DNA from: Acidimicrobiia bacterium
GTDB lineage: Bacteria > Actinomycetota > Acidimicrobiia > Acidimicrobiales > JANYDT01
Direction: 5' to 3'
Length of the DNA stretch: 64,000 nt
Assembly: GCA_025359845.1 (NCBI GenBank)
Contig: JANYDT010000076.1
Coordinates: 307 to 64,306 of the forward strand
Part shown: one piece after another, positions 9,854 to 18,936 of the stretch
Position numbering within the stretch: position 1 is the stretch's first letter
Layout: each line of letters opens with the position of its first letter
The notes under the pieces: generated by a model
What the model was told of the DNA's origin: nothing
Databases searched by the model: none
Seen by the model: the letters and a program-made list of their open reading frames with translations, nothing else
Program-made: the position numbers and the translations under genes

Positions 9854-11617
9854 GTGAAGCTTGGTGTCGTGACGGTATCGGTCGTACCTCAAACCCAATC
9901 CTCGGCCTCATTACGAGGCCGGGCGGACGGCGCTCGCGTTGCCCGCGGTCCGGCCGCGGGCATCTTGGCCGGGCTCACCGGGCTCGGACTCGGGGAGCTG
10001 GCCGCCGGCATCGCCGACCGGGCCTCACCCATTGTGTCGGTGGGCAACTCGGTCATCGATCACGTGCCCCTCTCAGTGAAGCAGTTCGCCATCTCGACCT
10101 TCGGGTCGAACGACAAGCAAGCCCTTATCGGTGGAATCTTGGTGCTCACCGTCGTGTACGCGGCCGTCGTCGGGGCCGTGGCGGTGCGCCGGTTCGCGTG
10201 GGGACTGGCGGGGGTGGCCGGATTTGGCGTCATTGGATTGTGGGCCGCGGTGACGGGCCGCACCGGCGACGGCGGCAACGCCGGTCCAGTACTCGTGGCC
10301 GTGGCCGCGGCCGCCGTTGTCTTGGCGTTGCTGGTGCGCCCCTGGACTCAGGGTCGAGTCCACCGGCCGGCTTCGGGTCAAGCGCCCTGGGGTTCGGATC
10401 AAGCCCGCCTATCGTCTTCGGGTCAAGCGCCATGGGATCCGGATCAAGCCCACTCCGGGTATGGGGCGGGCCCCGGAGCGGGGTTGAGCGCCGAATCGAT
10501 GTTGCCCGACGGCCGCGAGGCGGGCCTCGAGCGGCGCCACTTTCTCATCGGCTCAGCGGGCGCCCTCGGGGTTGCCGGGCTTGCGACACTGGGCGGACGG
10601 TCACTTCAGCGCAACGGCAAGGTCGTAGCGGCACGCGCCAAAGCCGCCCAAGGATTGCCGGCTGCGGCCCACCCCTTGCCCGCCGTCGACCCCGCAGCCA
10701 CCGCGCCCGTCCCCGGCCTCACGCCGTTCATCACCCCAAACGCCGACTTTTATCGCATTGACACCGCCATCGCCGTTCCCCGGGTCGACCCCGCCACGTG
10801 GCGGCTCAAGATAACGGGAATGGTCGATCGGCCGCTCTCGATCAGCTACCGCGAGCTGCTGGCCCGCCCCATGGTCGAGCACGACTGCACGCTCATGTGT
10901 GTCTCGAACCCGGTCGGCGGCGGCCTGGTCGGCAACGCTCGGTGGCTGGGTGTTCCGTTGGTTGATCTGCTCAACGAAGCCGGCGTGCGCCCCGAGGCCA
11001 CTCAGATCGTGGGCGAATCGGTCGACGGTTGGACTGGCGGGTTTCCCACCGCGCTGGCCCTCGACGGCCGCCAGGCGCTCGTGGCCGTGGCCATGAACGG
11101 GGAGGCGCTCCCCTTTCGCCACGGGTTTCCGGCCCGCCTAGTCGTGCCCGGCATCTATGGCTACGTGTCGGCCACCAAGTGGCTTTCCGAAATCCGGCTC
11201 AATCGCCTCGAAGACGAGAACGGCTACTGGATCCCACGGGGGTGGGCCAAGATGGCCCCGATCAAGACCGCATCGCGGATCGACCGGATTGCGATGCAAA
11301 GCCCAGCAGACGGCAGCGCCGACCGTCTCGTGGCCGGACCGGCCTTTGTGGCCGGAGTGGCCTGGGCCCAACACCGCGGGATCGCCAAGGTCGAGGTTCG
11401 AATCGATGACGGAAAATGGGAAGAAGCCAACCTCGCCACCGTCGACGACCTCGACACGTGGCGACAATGGTGGCTGCCATGGGCCGCTACATCGGGCCGT
11501 CACATCGTCGCCGTGCGGGCCACCGATGCCACCGGAGCAACCCAACCGGAGGAGCGAACCGACGTGGCCCCCGACGGCGCTACCGGTTGGCACACGGTGA
11601 ACGTCAAGATCGGTTGA
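9854..11617 (+). CDS. Membrane-anchored molybdopterin-dependent oxidoreductase (sulfite-oxidase fold)
   Basis: The N-terminus has hydrophobic helices. The Moco-domain context is FYRIDTAI...WRLKITGMVDRPLSISYRELL...CTLMCVSNPVGGGLVGNARWLGVPLVDLL...FPARLVVPGIYGYVSATKWLSEI, and a dimerisation-like C-terminus follows. Confidence 0.8.
   Translation: MKLGVVTVSVVPQTQSSASLRGRADGARVARGPAAGILAGLTGLGLGELAAGIADRASPIVSVGNSVIDHVPLSVKQFAISTFGSNDKQALIGGILVLTVVYAAVVGAVAVRRFAWGLAGVAGFGVIGLWAAVTGRTGDGGNAGPVLVAVAAAAVVLALLVRPWTQGRVHRPASGQAPWGSDQARLSSSGQAPWDPDQAHSGYGAGPGAGLSAESMLPDGREAGLERRHFLIGSAGALGVAGLATLGGRSLQRNGKVVAARAKAAQGLPAAAHPLPAVDPAATAPVPGLTPFITPNADFYRIDTAIAVPRVDPATWRLKITGMVDRPLSISYRELLARPMVEHDCTLMCVSNPVGGGLVGNARWLGVPLVDLLNEAGVRPEATQIVGESVDGWTGGFPTALALDGRQALVAVAMNGEALPFRHGFPARLVVPGIYGYVSATKWLSEIRLNRLEDENGYWIPRGWAKMAPIKTASRIDRIAMQSPADGSADRLVAGPAFVAGVAWAQHRGIAKVEVRIDDGKWEEANLATVDDLDTWRQWWLPWAATSGRHIVAVRATDATGATQPEERTDVAPDGATGWHTVNVKIG
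10371..10460 (+). repeat. In-frame 45-bp tandem duplication (2 copies)
   Basis: cttcgggtcaagcgccctggggttcggatcaagcccgcctatcgt is followed by cttcgggtcaagcgccatgggatccggatcaagcccactccgggt. They encode ASGQAPWGSDQARLS / SSGQAPWDPDQAHSG in the linker between the TM region and the Moco domain. Confidence 0.85.
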
Positions 11618-11680
11618 CGCCCGCTCATCCCTCGGCCATCCTCGGCTCCGAGCGCGGACCTGCCGGCCAGCCCTCGACGA

Positions 11681-12922
11681 CTACGACCTGGTCGCGGCCA
11701 TGTCGGCGACCGCCTCGAGAAAACCCTCGTACCGGGTCAACAACGGGTCCCAGGCGTACCGCTCCTCCACATAGGCGCGACCCCGCGACCCCAACGCGGC
11801 CCGCAGCCCCTCGTCGCCCAGTAGGGCATCGAGGCCGGCTTCGAACTCTTCGTAACCGTTGTACGGCAATCCACCGCCAGAACGGGCGCACTGTCCGACC
11901 AGCACCGGACAGCCTCCTTGCACCAGTGCCGGCCGGCGCTGCGCCCACGCCTCGGTGAGCACCATCGAGAAGCTTTCGAAGTAGGAAGGGTGGACGAACA
12001 CCTCGGCCCCGGCGAGCCCTGCCGCCGCCGTTTCGTCTTCGACGAACCCGGTGATCACGACATCGGCATGAGCTGGAAGTTCGGCGACGGTCTCGCCGAT
12101 CACCACAAGGGCCAGTGGACCAGGCCTGCGATTCTTGTAGGTGACGAAAAACTGGAATAGTTCACCAGTCCCTTTGTTGGGATCGACCCGTCCAACATAC
12201 ACAAGATAGGGGCGATTGCCGACACCAAATCGATGCCGAAATGCGGCAACCCCAGCCGAGCCGACTTCGCCGCCCATAGCTCCGATGAGTTCGACGCCGA
12301 TGCCAGTCACCAAGCTTGGCTTTCGAGCCGCCATCGGTCCAAACCGTGTGGCCACGAGGTCACCTTCCTCCTCGGTCAAGAACCCGAGCGCATCGCATTG
12401 ACGGAAGGGTTCATCAAATAGATCGAGACCGAGATACGGCTCGGCATGGGCTGTGGGATGAAACACGATCGGCACCCGGCCGGCCAGACCCGCGAGCGCC
12501 CGCCACGCCGTGAAATAGAGATACGTATAGACGATGGCCACGTCGAATTCAGCCTGATGGTCGACGATCCAGCGATCGAGACCGGGGATCGTGGGGCCCA
12601 TGAGGTGCATCCACGACTCTTGGAAATAGCGCGGCACGCGGTGCCCGGCGACGAGGGATCCCACGACCCGATTGTTGGCCTCCTCGAATCGGTGATGGGG
12701 TCGCGGCCACGAAACGGGCAACCGATGCACCACCACCCCTTCGATCATCTCGACCCCCTCGGGATAATGGTTGGCCCAATCGACGTAGCTGCGGGCACAG
12801 CTCGTCAGCACATGCACGTCGTGGCCTCTGGCGGCTAACCGGCGGGCATACTCGCGAACGCACCGTTCGGCGCCTCCTGGCACGTCTTCGCCATAACGCT
12901 GAATGACGAAAAGCAGGCGCAT
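11681..12922 (-). CDS. Family 4 glycosyltransferase
   Basis: MRLLFVIQRYGEDVPGGAERCVREYARRLAARGHDVHVLTS at the N-terminus. The C-terminal region is VFVHPSYFESFSMVLTEAWAQRRPALV. The ATG at 12920-12922 overlaps the upstream stop (12922-12924). Confidence 0.85.
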   Translation of the reverse strand: MRLLFVIQRYGEDVPGGAERCVREYARRLAARGHDVHVLTSCARSYVDWANHYPEGVEMIEGVVVHRLPVSWPRPHHRFEEANNRVVGSLVAGHRVPRYFQESWMHLMGPTIPGLDRWIVDHQAEFDVAIVYTYLYFTAWRALAGLAGRVPIVFHPTAHAEPYLGLDLFDEPFRQCDALGFLTEEEGDLVATRFGPMAARKPSLVTGIGVELIGAMGGEVGSAGVAAFRHRFGVGNRPYLVYVGRVDPNKGTGELFQFFVTYKNRRPGPLALVVIGETVAELPAHADVVITGFVEDETAAAGLAGAEVFVHPSYFESFSMVLTEAWAQRRPALVQGGCPVLVGQCARSGGGLPYNGYEEFEAGLDALLGDEGLRAALGSRGRAYVEERYAWDPLLTRYEGFLEAVADMAATRS

Positions 12923-14022
12923 CACAGCAACCGATCGAGCGCTTCGAGAAACGATCGGGCCGAGACTGCCGGCGCCAGTTCGGCCGCCCGTACTCGGCCC
13001 CGTTGGGCCAACGATTCCGCCAGATCGAGGTCAGTCGTGACACTGTGGATGGCTTCGGCGATCACTTCGGCGTCGTCGCCACTATCGACGATGAGTCCGG
13101 CTCCGGCCACTGTTTCGGGCAACGCCCCAAAGGCCCGTCCGACCACAGGCAGCCCAACGGCCATAGCCTCGACCGCAGGCACGCAGAAGCCCTCATGCTC
13201 CGACGTGATGGCGAGCACGTGGGCGGCGCGAAAACTCCGCTCGAGTTCGGGCTGACTCACGGGTCCGGTGAATTCGACCGGCAGACGAAGCTCTTCAGCC
13301 ATCGCCTTGACCGCCCCCGCATACCCAGTGTTGCGAACTGGACCGACGATCTGGAGGCGGGCGCGCGGATCGAGATGGGTGCGCAGAATGTGGAAAGCCA
13401 TCAACAGCAGGTCGGGCCGTTTGTGGGGGAGAGCTTGGCCCACCGACAAGATGATCGGACCGGCGCTGCGCCTTCCATCGTAAGGCTCGGGCCAGTTACG
13501 GCGCGAGGGCGGGCAGAAGGCCGCGGCAAACCCGTCATAGGGAAAGAGGGGCGCCACGACGTAGATGCGGTCGGGCGCGAGTCCGAGTTCTTCCAGTTCT
13601 ATTGCGTTGTATCGAGAGTCGGCAATGGCGCCTATCGCTCGCTCAGCAATTTCAGCCAGTTGCTCGCGCCCCAGATCAAGCAACTCGCCGAATCCGGGAT
13701 CCTGTCTCTCAAAATAGTGGGCCGGAGTGATGTTGTGGTAGCGAATGAGGAGCCGTTCCGATCGACCCATCAAAAAGCAATGCAGCGGGGCGTTGCCGAT
13801 CGAGGAATGCACCATCAAAACATCGTCGGGGCCGCCGCCCTGACGCTGCCTCCGGGCATAGGAGTCGGTCGAAATGATCTCGGGTTCGAGGCCAGGATGC
13901 GCCGATCGATTGCAAACAATGTCGGATGGTCCTAGTTGGCGCAGCTGCGCCCGCAAGGCCAACGCGTCGTTCATGATGGCGTCGCCCGGCGCCGCCGTGT
14001 CGACCAGCTGATCGATCCTCAA
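12922..14022 (-). CDS. Family 4 glycosyltransferase
   Basis: The C-terminal region is LQIVGPVRNTGYAG...AAHVLAITSEHEGFCVPAVEAMAVGLPVVGRAFGALPETV, a GT4 EX7E motif. Confidence 0.8.
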   Translation of the reverse strand: MRIDQLVDTAAPGDAIMNDALALRAQLRQLGPSDIVCNRSAHPGLEPEIISTDSYARRQRQGGGPDDVLMVHSSIGNAPLHCFLMGRSERLLIRYHNITPAHYFERQDPGFGELLDLGREQLAEIAERAIGAIADSRYNAIELEELGLAPDRIYVVAPLFPYDGFAAAFCPPSRRNWPEPYDGRRSAGPIILSVGQALPHKRPDLLLMAFHILRTHLDPRARLQIVGPVRNTGYAGAVKAMAEELRLPVEFTGPVSQPELERSFRAAHVLAITSEHEGFCVPAVEAMAVGLPVVGRAFGALPETVAGAGLIVDSGDDAEVIAEAIHSVTTDLDLAESLAQRGRVRAAELAPAVSARSFLEALDRLL

Positions 14023-14029
14023 CGGATGC

Positions 14030-15490
14030 CTATTTCGTGGCGACTACGAGATAGTCCTGCGCACCATGCAGCAGGGCGTCGAGCTTCGTGAAGCCGTCCT
14101 TCAACGCGCCGGTCACCTTCGGCCCAGACAGCGGCAGACGGGCCGAGTCGGGGACCGGCGAGCGGTACTCCAATTCGACGGTTTCGAACCCGATCTCGTC
14201 GCACAAGAACTGGAAGTACGCAGGATGGACGGGCCGCGTGTGCGTGGGATCGAGATACATCGAATTGGCGTAAACAAACAACGACGTGGCGTTGACGGAC
14301 TCCACGACGAAGCGTCCACCGGGCTTGAGCTTTCTGATCGCCAGCGCCACGAGGTCGAGCTGATGCTGCTGACTGAGATGCTCGATCACCTGGATCAGTA
14401 CGATCCCGCCCAGCGAGCCATCCCCCAGCGCGGCTAGATGGGCGAGGCCATCGTCGACCAGCGTGGCCCGCAACCCGACAGTTTGACATTCGGCGACGAG
14501 GCTCGGATCAACCTCCACGCCATACGCATCGACGCCCCACGCTCGCAGGACCTCCAAGAATTCACCCCGCCCGCAACCTATGTCGAGGACAGTGCCGAGG
14601 CCCTTGCCGTCGCCGTCCACGAACAGCCGGCCGACATCATGATAGCGGCCGAGTATTTCGGTGCGGGTGCCCCGAAACCGGGCCTCGAAACGGGCGAGGT
14701 CGAACCACGGCCGAAAGTCGCGCCCACTTTCGGTGCGCTCGAGGCGTTCGATACGGGCCTGGTACCCCGAAGCCGATAGCTCGATTTCGGCCAGCCGCTG
14801 GTCGAGGTGCTCGCTCCGTCTCGCCTCCGCCGCCTCGGTGGCCTCGGAGCTGGCGACCAGCCGAGCAACGGACTGGCTCAAGTCTTGGTGACTGCGCTGC
14901 GCCTCCCCGACGATGGTCGTCAAGACCGGTAAAGCCGACTCGACGCGACCGACCGCCATTTGGGCCCTGGCGATCTGCTCATCGAGGCCCCGAGTTTCGT
15001 TGGCCAGATCGCCCTGAAGCTGAGCGATGGCGCCGGCAAGCACATCGAGCGATCGCTGCGTGGCGTCGGCCCATGTCTGCAGCTGTTGCAGCACACCCTG
15101 GGATTGGCGAGCCGTGACTTTGCCGATGAGTTTGTGGGCCGCCGTCCCGCCGGGCAAGTTGGACTCATGAGAGATATGCTCGAGCGCGAACAGTCGCGCC
15201 GACCGGGCCTCGTCGAGGGCGGCGTGCACGCGCTCGAAGTCGACCGAACTGCCGCCCCGCCCTCCAAGCAGGCGCTCGAAATGGGCGGCCATGCGCTCGG
15301 GCAGATCGCTCGGATACTCACCCGCAGCTTTGCGCCCGGCCACCTTGGCCCGCAGGCGTTGGAGCACGTCTTGAGTGGGCTCGACAGATTCGACAACGGC
15401 TGCGAACGGCTCTTCGGTCAGGTCGGTCGCGGCGACCGAATCGAGGGAGGCTTCGGGCTCGAGCACGGCGCCAGGATAGGGCGCGTTCAC
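14030..15490 (-). CDS. Coiled-coil + class I SAM-dependent methyltransferase (O-antigen chain-terminator type)
   Basis: The N-terminal ~250 aa are coiled-coil-like. FDLARFEARFRGTRTEILGRYHDV follows, then SAM motif I VLDIGCGRGEFLEVL and post-I GVEVD. Confidence 0.75.
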   Translation of the reverse strand: MNAPYPGAVLEPEASLDSVAATDLTEEPFAAVVESVEPTQDVLQRLRAKVAGRKAAGEYPSDLPERMAAHFERLLGGRGGSSVDFERVHAALDEARSARLFALEHISHESNLPGGTAAHKLIGKVTARQSQGVLQQLQTWADATQRSLDVLAGAIAQLQGDLANETRGLDEQIARAQMAVGRVESALPVLTTIVGEAQRSHQDLSQSVARLVASSEATEAAEARRSEHLDQRLAEIELSASGYQARIERLERTESGRDFRPWFDLARFEARFRGTRTEILGRYHDVGRLFVDGDGKGLGTVLDIGCGRGEFLEVLRAWGVDAYGVEVDPSLVAECQTVGLRATLVDDGLAHLAALGDGSLGGIVLIQVIEHLSQQHQLDLVALAIRKLKPGGRFVVESVNATSLFVYANSMYLDPTHTRPVHPAYFQFLCDEIGFETVELEYRSPVPDSARLPLSGPKVTGALKDGFTKLDALLHGAQDYLVVATK

Positions 15491-17466
15491 GCTCCGTCGA
15501 CTTCGGCCCGAGTTCCGAACGGAGGCAGGTCAGGACCGGGCGGAGTCAAGAGGGCGCTGCGGCTCAGATCCGTGCAATCGTTGCGACCGGTCAACCAGTA
15601 TGCGGTGTGCGCGACATCCACTCCAGTGGGCGACCACACCCCGCCGCCGTGGTACATCAGGTCGTTGGGGTTGGCCAGATGGCCATCACCGGTTGATCCT
15701 GCCGCGCAGTCGGGCACCGCCCCCAAAACGTGAAAGACCTCGTGCAGCGCTACGAACTCCAAGTAACCCGGCGCGTTGACGTTGGTCGTGAGCGATTGGC
15801 AGTTCGGCGCCCGCAGGAAGACGACCGCGACACGACCACCGATGGCCGGAGGACGAGCGGCGTTTCCACACGACGTGGTTATGGCTCCGTCGTAGTACAC
15901 GAGGTAGTACTTGTTCGCCGCCTCCAGACCGTGATCGATCAGATCCTGCTCGATCCAATACCACGAAGTCTCGCCCTTGGCGCCAAGAGCAGTCTGATCG
16001 TAGTTGGACCGCATATACGTGATGTCGATCGCATTCTGGAAGGTATCGATACGCAATCGCTTGCCGACCGACCCTTGCAGCCAACTTTGAGAGGAGGCCA
16101 GCGATGTTTGGATCGCCCCCCCATCGAGGTTACGGTCGGTGGATTGGCCGCCCGGAATGGCCCCCGACATGTAGATCACGTGGATCTGCGGACCACTGAA
16201 GTCGTCGGGCCGATCACCCACCGCTCGTGGCGCTACGACCGACGTGGTGGTCACCGTGGTCGCGACGGTGGTGGATGTCGTCGTGGCCACCGTTGGCTGG
16301 GTCGTGGCCTGCGTGCTCGCCGTCGTGGCCACGGTCGTGGCCGTCGTGGCCACACTGGTGGCCTGAGTGGTCGCGGCCGTGCCGACCGTCGTAGCCGCAC
16401 TGGTGGCTTGCGTGATTGCGGTCGTGGCAGTGGTGGCCGCCGTAGTCGCCGTAGTCGCCGTAGTCGCGGGGGCGGCCGTTGGGGGGGCTTCTCCGATGAC
16501 TGCTGACGCAGGCCCAGTGGTTGCGGTCGGGACGGCGACCGCTGACACTCCGGCCGGCGCCGCCGCCCCGGGTGCCGCCGCGCCGGAAGGCGGTAACCCG
16601 GCCGGGTTGCAACCGACGAGACCGCCGCCGCCCACATACCCGATGACGTCGAACGCGACATGCACGTCACCGCCGGTCACAGCCACCTGCGCGCCGACGC
16701 CGACCGGCAATAGCCCGACGGACACCGCCACAGCGCCCGGCTTGGCCCCTAGCGTCAGCGAGACCGCCGAGTCGGAAACTGTCGCCTTGACCGGCGCCGT
16801 CGCCCCCGACAGAAACAGTTCGAAGACAACGGCTGTGGCCCCGGCAGGAGCGTCGTTCGACAGCTCTACCGGGTAGTCGAACTGGCTTGAGAACCTCTCC
16901 GCATCGACGCCGATGCCCGACTCGGAATCGATGATTCGACACGGCAGGAGTGCTCGTTGGCTCGGGTCGTCAGCCGACGCGCCAATCCAGCCGACGGCTT
17001 GCACCCTGAGGCCCTTGAGGCCGGCCCCACCGGTGGCAATGACTGAGGCGCCGGGCACGAGGGGCACCACGATTCTACGAGTCGACGTAGCCGCCTTGGC
17101 ATAAATGACGGTCACCGGTGGCCCGCTGGCCTTGCCGAGTCGCGCCGCGAAGGTCACCTTGCCGGCCTTGCTCGCCTTCAGGGTGGTGACGTCGAGGAGC
17201 ACGGCTGTGGCTTTGCCGGCGCTGAGCCCTCCCGTGCCGACGACGGCAAAGGTCGCCCCCCTGGCCACCTTTGCCAGAGCGGCCCCGTTCGAAGCATCGA
17301 ACAAAACCGTCGAGCCCGGACGAAACGCCATGGCCGGCGACGGGGCCAGAGCGCCGGCATCATTACGCACCGTAAGGGGGGCCAGAAACGCCACAATCGC
17401 AGCGACGGCCACTAGTGTGGCCGACCGACGACCGGGACGAGAAAGGTGACGGGGAAGTCGCCGCAT
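15487..17466 (-). CDS. Secreted protein: signal peptide, beta-rich N-domain, Thr/Ala linker, C-terminal HEXXH (zinc-metallopeptidase-like) domain
   Basis: The N-terminus is MRRLPRHLSRPGRRSATLVAVAAIVAFLAPL. A ~90-aa T/A linker lies at 16210-16500. The C-domain has ALHEVFHVLGAVPDC (HEVFH = 15730-15744) and DLMYHGG. The gene overlaps the downstream methyltransferase by 4 nt. Confidence 0.65.
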   Translation of the reverse strand: MRRLPRHLSRPGRRSATLVAVAAIVAFLAPLTVRNDAGALAPSPAMAFRPGSTVLFDASNGAALAKVARGATFAVVGTGGLSAGKATAVLLDVTTLKASKAGKVTFAARLGKASGPPVTVIYAKAATSTRRIVVPLVPGASVIATGGAGLKGLRVQAVGWIGASADDPSQRALLPCRIIDSESGIGVDAERFSSQFDYPVELSNDAPAGATAVVFELFLSGATAPVKATVSDSAVSLTLGAKPGAVAVSVGLLPVGVGAQVAVTGGDVHVAFDVIGYVGGGGLVGCNPAGLPPSGAAAPGAAAPAGVSAVAVPTATTGPASAVIGEAPPTAAPATTATTATTAATTATTAITQATSAATTVGTAATTQATSVATTATTVATTASTQATTQPTVATTTSTTVATTVTTTSVVAPRAVGDRPDDFSGPQIHVIYMSGAIPGGQSTDRNLDGGAIQTSLASSQSWLQGSVGKRLRIDTFQNAIDITYMRSNYDQTALGAKGETSWYWIEQDLIDHGLEAANKYYLVYYDGAITTSCGNAARPPAIGGRVAVVFLRAPNCQSLTTNVNAPGYLEFVALHEVFHVLGAVPDCAAGSTGDGHLANPNDLMYHGGGVWSPTGVDVAHTAYWLTGRNDCTDLSRSALLTPPGPDLPPFGTRAEVDGA

Positions 17467-17520
17467 GCGACGATCTTACCGGTCCGGGCGGCCGCCTTGG
17501 CCGCCGAAGTGGCCGGAGCA

Positions 17521-18936
17521 CTACGAACGGTGGCCGAAACGGCCGATGACGGCCGGTGCCTTCGCCAGGTCGATCTTCAGCACGTCTTCCTTGCCCACCC
17601 GTGCGCCGTTCGAAGGGACCGTGTAGGTGTGCAGATTGGTCGGATCGAACGAGCGAAACTGATCGGCCAGCGTCTGCATGGCGTTGAAACTGAACGTGTT
17701 ATCGATACGGATGGCGCCGGGGAGCGAACCAATCAGTTGGTCGAACCGCAATGGGTTGTTCTTGGCCTGAGCCAGGACTCGTTGCATCGTCGCCCGAATG
17801 AAAAGCTGCTGGCGCCTTATGCGGCCGAGATCGGCTGACGGATCGACGTGCCACTTCTTGTCGGTCTGGAGCTGCTCGTAGTGGCGACTGCGCACGTAGG
17901 CGATGGCTTGCTTGTCGTCTGCGATATGACAGCCGGCCCCTTGCAGGAGGCCTGTCACGGTGTCGCGGGTGGGAAAATCGAAGCACAGCTCGACACCGCC
18001 GACGGCCCGTACAACCTTCTCGAACCCGGCGAAGTCGACCTCGACAAGATGGTTGATGGGTACATTCAGATTCTGTTGCAGAGTGGAGATCAGCGAGGTT
18101 GCTCCGCCCGCATAGGCGGCGTTGACCTTCGCCCACTTGCCACTCTTGGCCAGCCGCACCCAAAGGTCACGGGGAATCGAGAGGAGGTCGGCGGATCGGT
18201 TCTTCGGAGAGATACGCGTCAGCATGATCGTGTCGGTGCGGCTCCCCGACCCCACCTTGTCGCAACCAAAAGTTTGGCACTCGGCTTTCGGCACGTTGGC
18301 TCTCGAGTCGACTCCGATCACGACGAAGTTCTGCGCGTCGGGGTCATCGGCCGCAATCATGGCGACCCGGGCGGTATCGATGAGAGGGGCAAACCGCACC
18401 GGGACCGATGACGAGCCGGCACCGGCCTTGACCCGGACCTTGGCCTTGACCACCGTCGGCTTCGGTGACAGCGTGCGGGGCGTGACGACCGTGGCCACCA
18501 CCCCCGATCCGATCGTCGCGTTCGAACCTTTGGCGACGTTCGTGACGTTCGAGCTTTTGGGCGCGGCCGAGCCGCCGGCAGCCGCGGTGGACGCCCCTTG
18601 GGCCGGTCCCTTCGCTGAAACTGGTGGGGTGCCCGAGACCGGGTCGAGCACACCGGGCTCGATCGGAATGGTTTCGATCCGATTGAACAACACCCTCAGG
18701 TAGATCACTTGGCCTACGTAAGCCGCGCCGGCGAGGAGCCCGACGACAACCCCCAAGATGAGCAGCCGCTTGGGCCAGCGCCGTCTTCGTGCCCCGGGCG
18801 GTGCTGGTACGGGCCGGTCGTGGGCCTCGCGCTGGCGAAACGGGTACACCAAGTCGTCGTCAGCGTCACTGGCCGTCGTGATATCGGCGACCGTCGCGTC
18901 TTGTTGTAGGGGCGTCGTGTCGGGGCGCTGCGCCAT
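17521..18936 (-). CDS. LCP (LytR-CpsA-Psr) family glycopolymer transferase
   Basis: One TM helix, then FVVIGVDSR...GSRTDTIMLTRISPKNRSADLLSIPRDLWV...VNAAYAGGATSLISTLQQNLNVPINHLVEVDFAGFEKVVRAVGGVELCF, which are the LCP core motifs. Confidence 0.85.
   Translation of the reverse strand: MAQRPDTTPLQQDATVADITTASDADDDLVYPFRQREAHDRPVPAPPGARRRRWPKRLLILGVVVGLLAGAAYVGQVIYLRVLFNRIETIPIEPGVLDPVSGTPPVSAKGPAQGASTAAAGGSAAPKSSNVTNVAKGSNATIGSGVVATVVTPRTLSPKPTVVKAKVRVKAGAGSSSVPVRFAPLIDTARVAMIAADDPDAQNFVVIGVDSRANVPKAECQTFGCDKVGSGSRTDTIMLTRISPKNRSADLLSIPRDLWVRLAKSGKWAKVNAAYAGGATSLISTLQQNLNVPINHLVEVDFAGFEKVVRAVGGVELCFDFPTRDTVTGLLQGAGCHIADDKQAIAYVRSRHYEQLQTDKKWHVDPSADLGRIRRQQLFIRATMQRVLAQAKNNPLRFDQLIGSLPGAIRIDNTFSFNAMQTLADQFRSFDPTNLHTYTVPSNGARVGKEDVLKIDLAKAPAVIGRFGHRS

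Noticed and set aside
11395-11404. GGTTCGAATC, the consensus tRNA T-arm/loop sequence.
   Set aside because: It sits inside the molybdoenzyme CDS, with no acceptor or anticodon stems around it. It is a chance match. No tRNA was found anywhere in the window.
16210-16500. Dense short tandem repeats that could be mistaken for a repeat array or CRISPR.
   Set aside because: The units are irregular 9-27 nt, have no spacers, and lie in frame within a CDS encoding a Thr/Ala linker. This is not a CRISPR array.
17487-17505. A 7-bp all-GC hairpin (ggcggcc-gcctt-ggccgcc) between the LCP gene stop and the next gene start.
   Set aside because: No U-tract lies on the minus strand, and the flanking genes look co-transcribed. 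The evidence for a terminator or regulatory element is insufficient.
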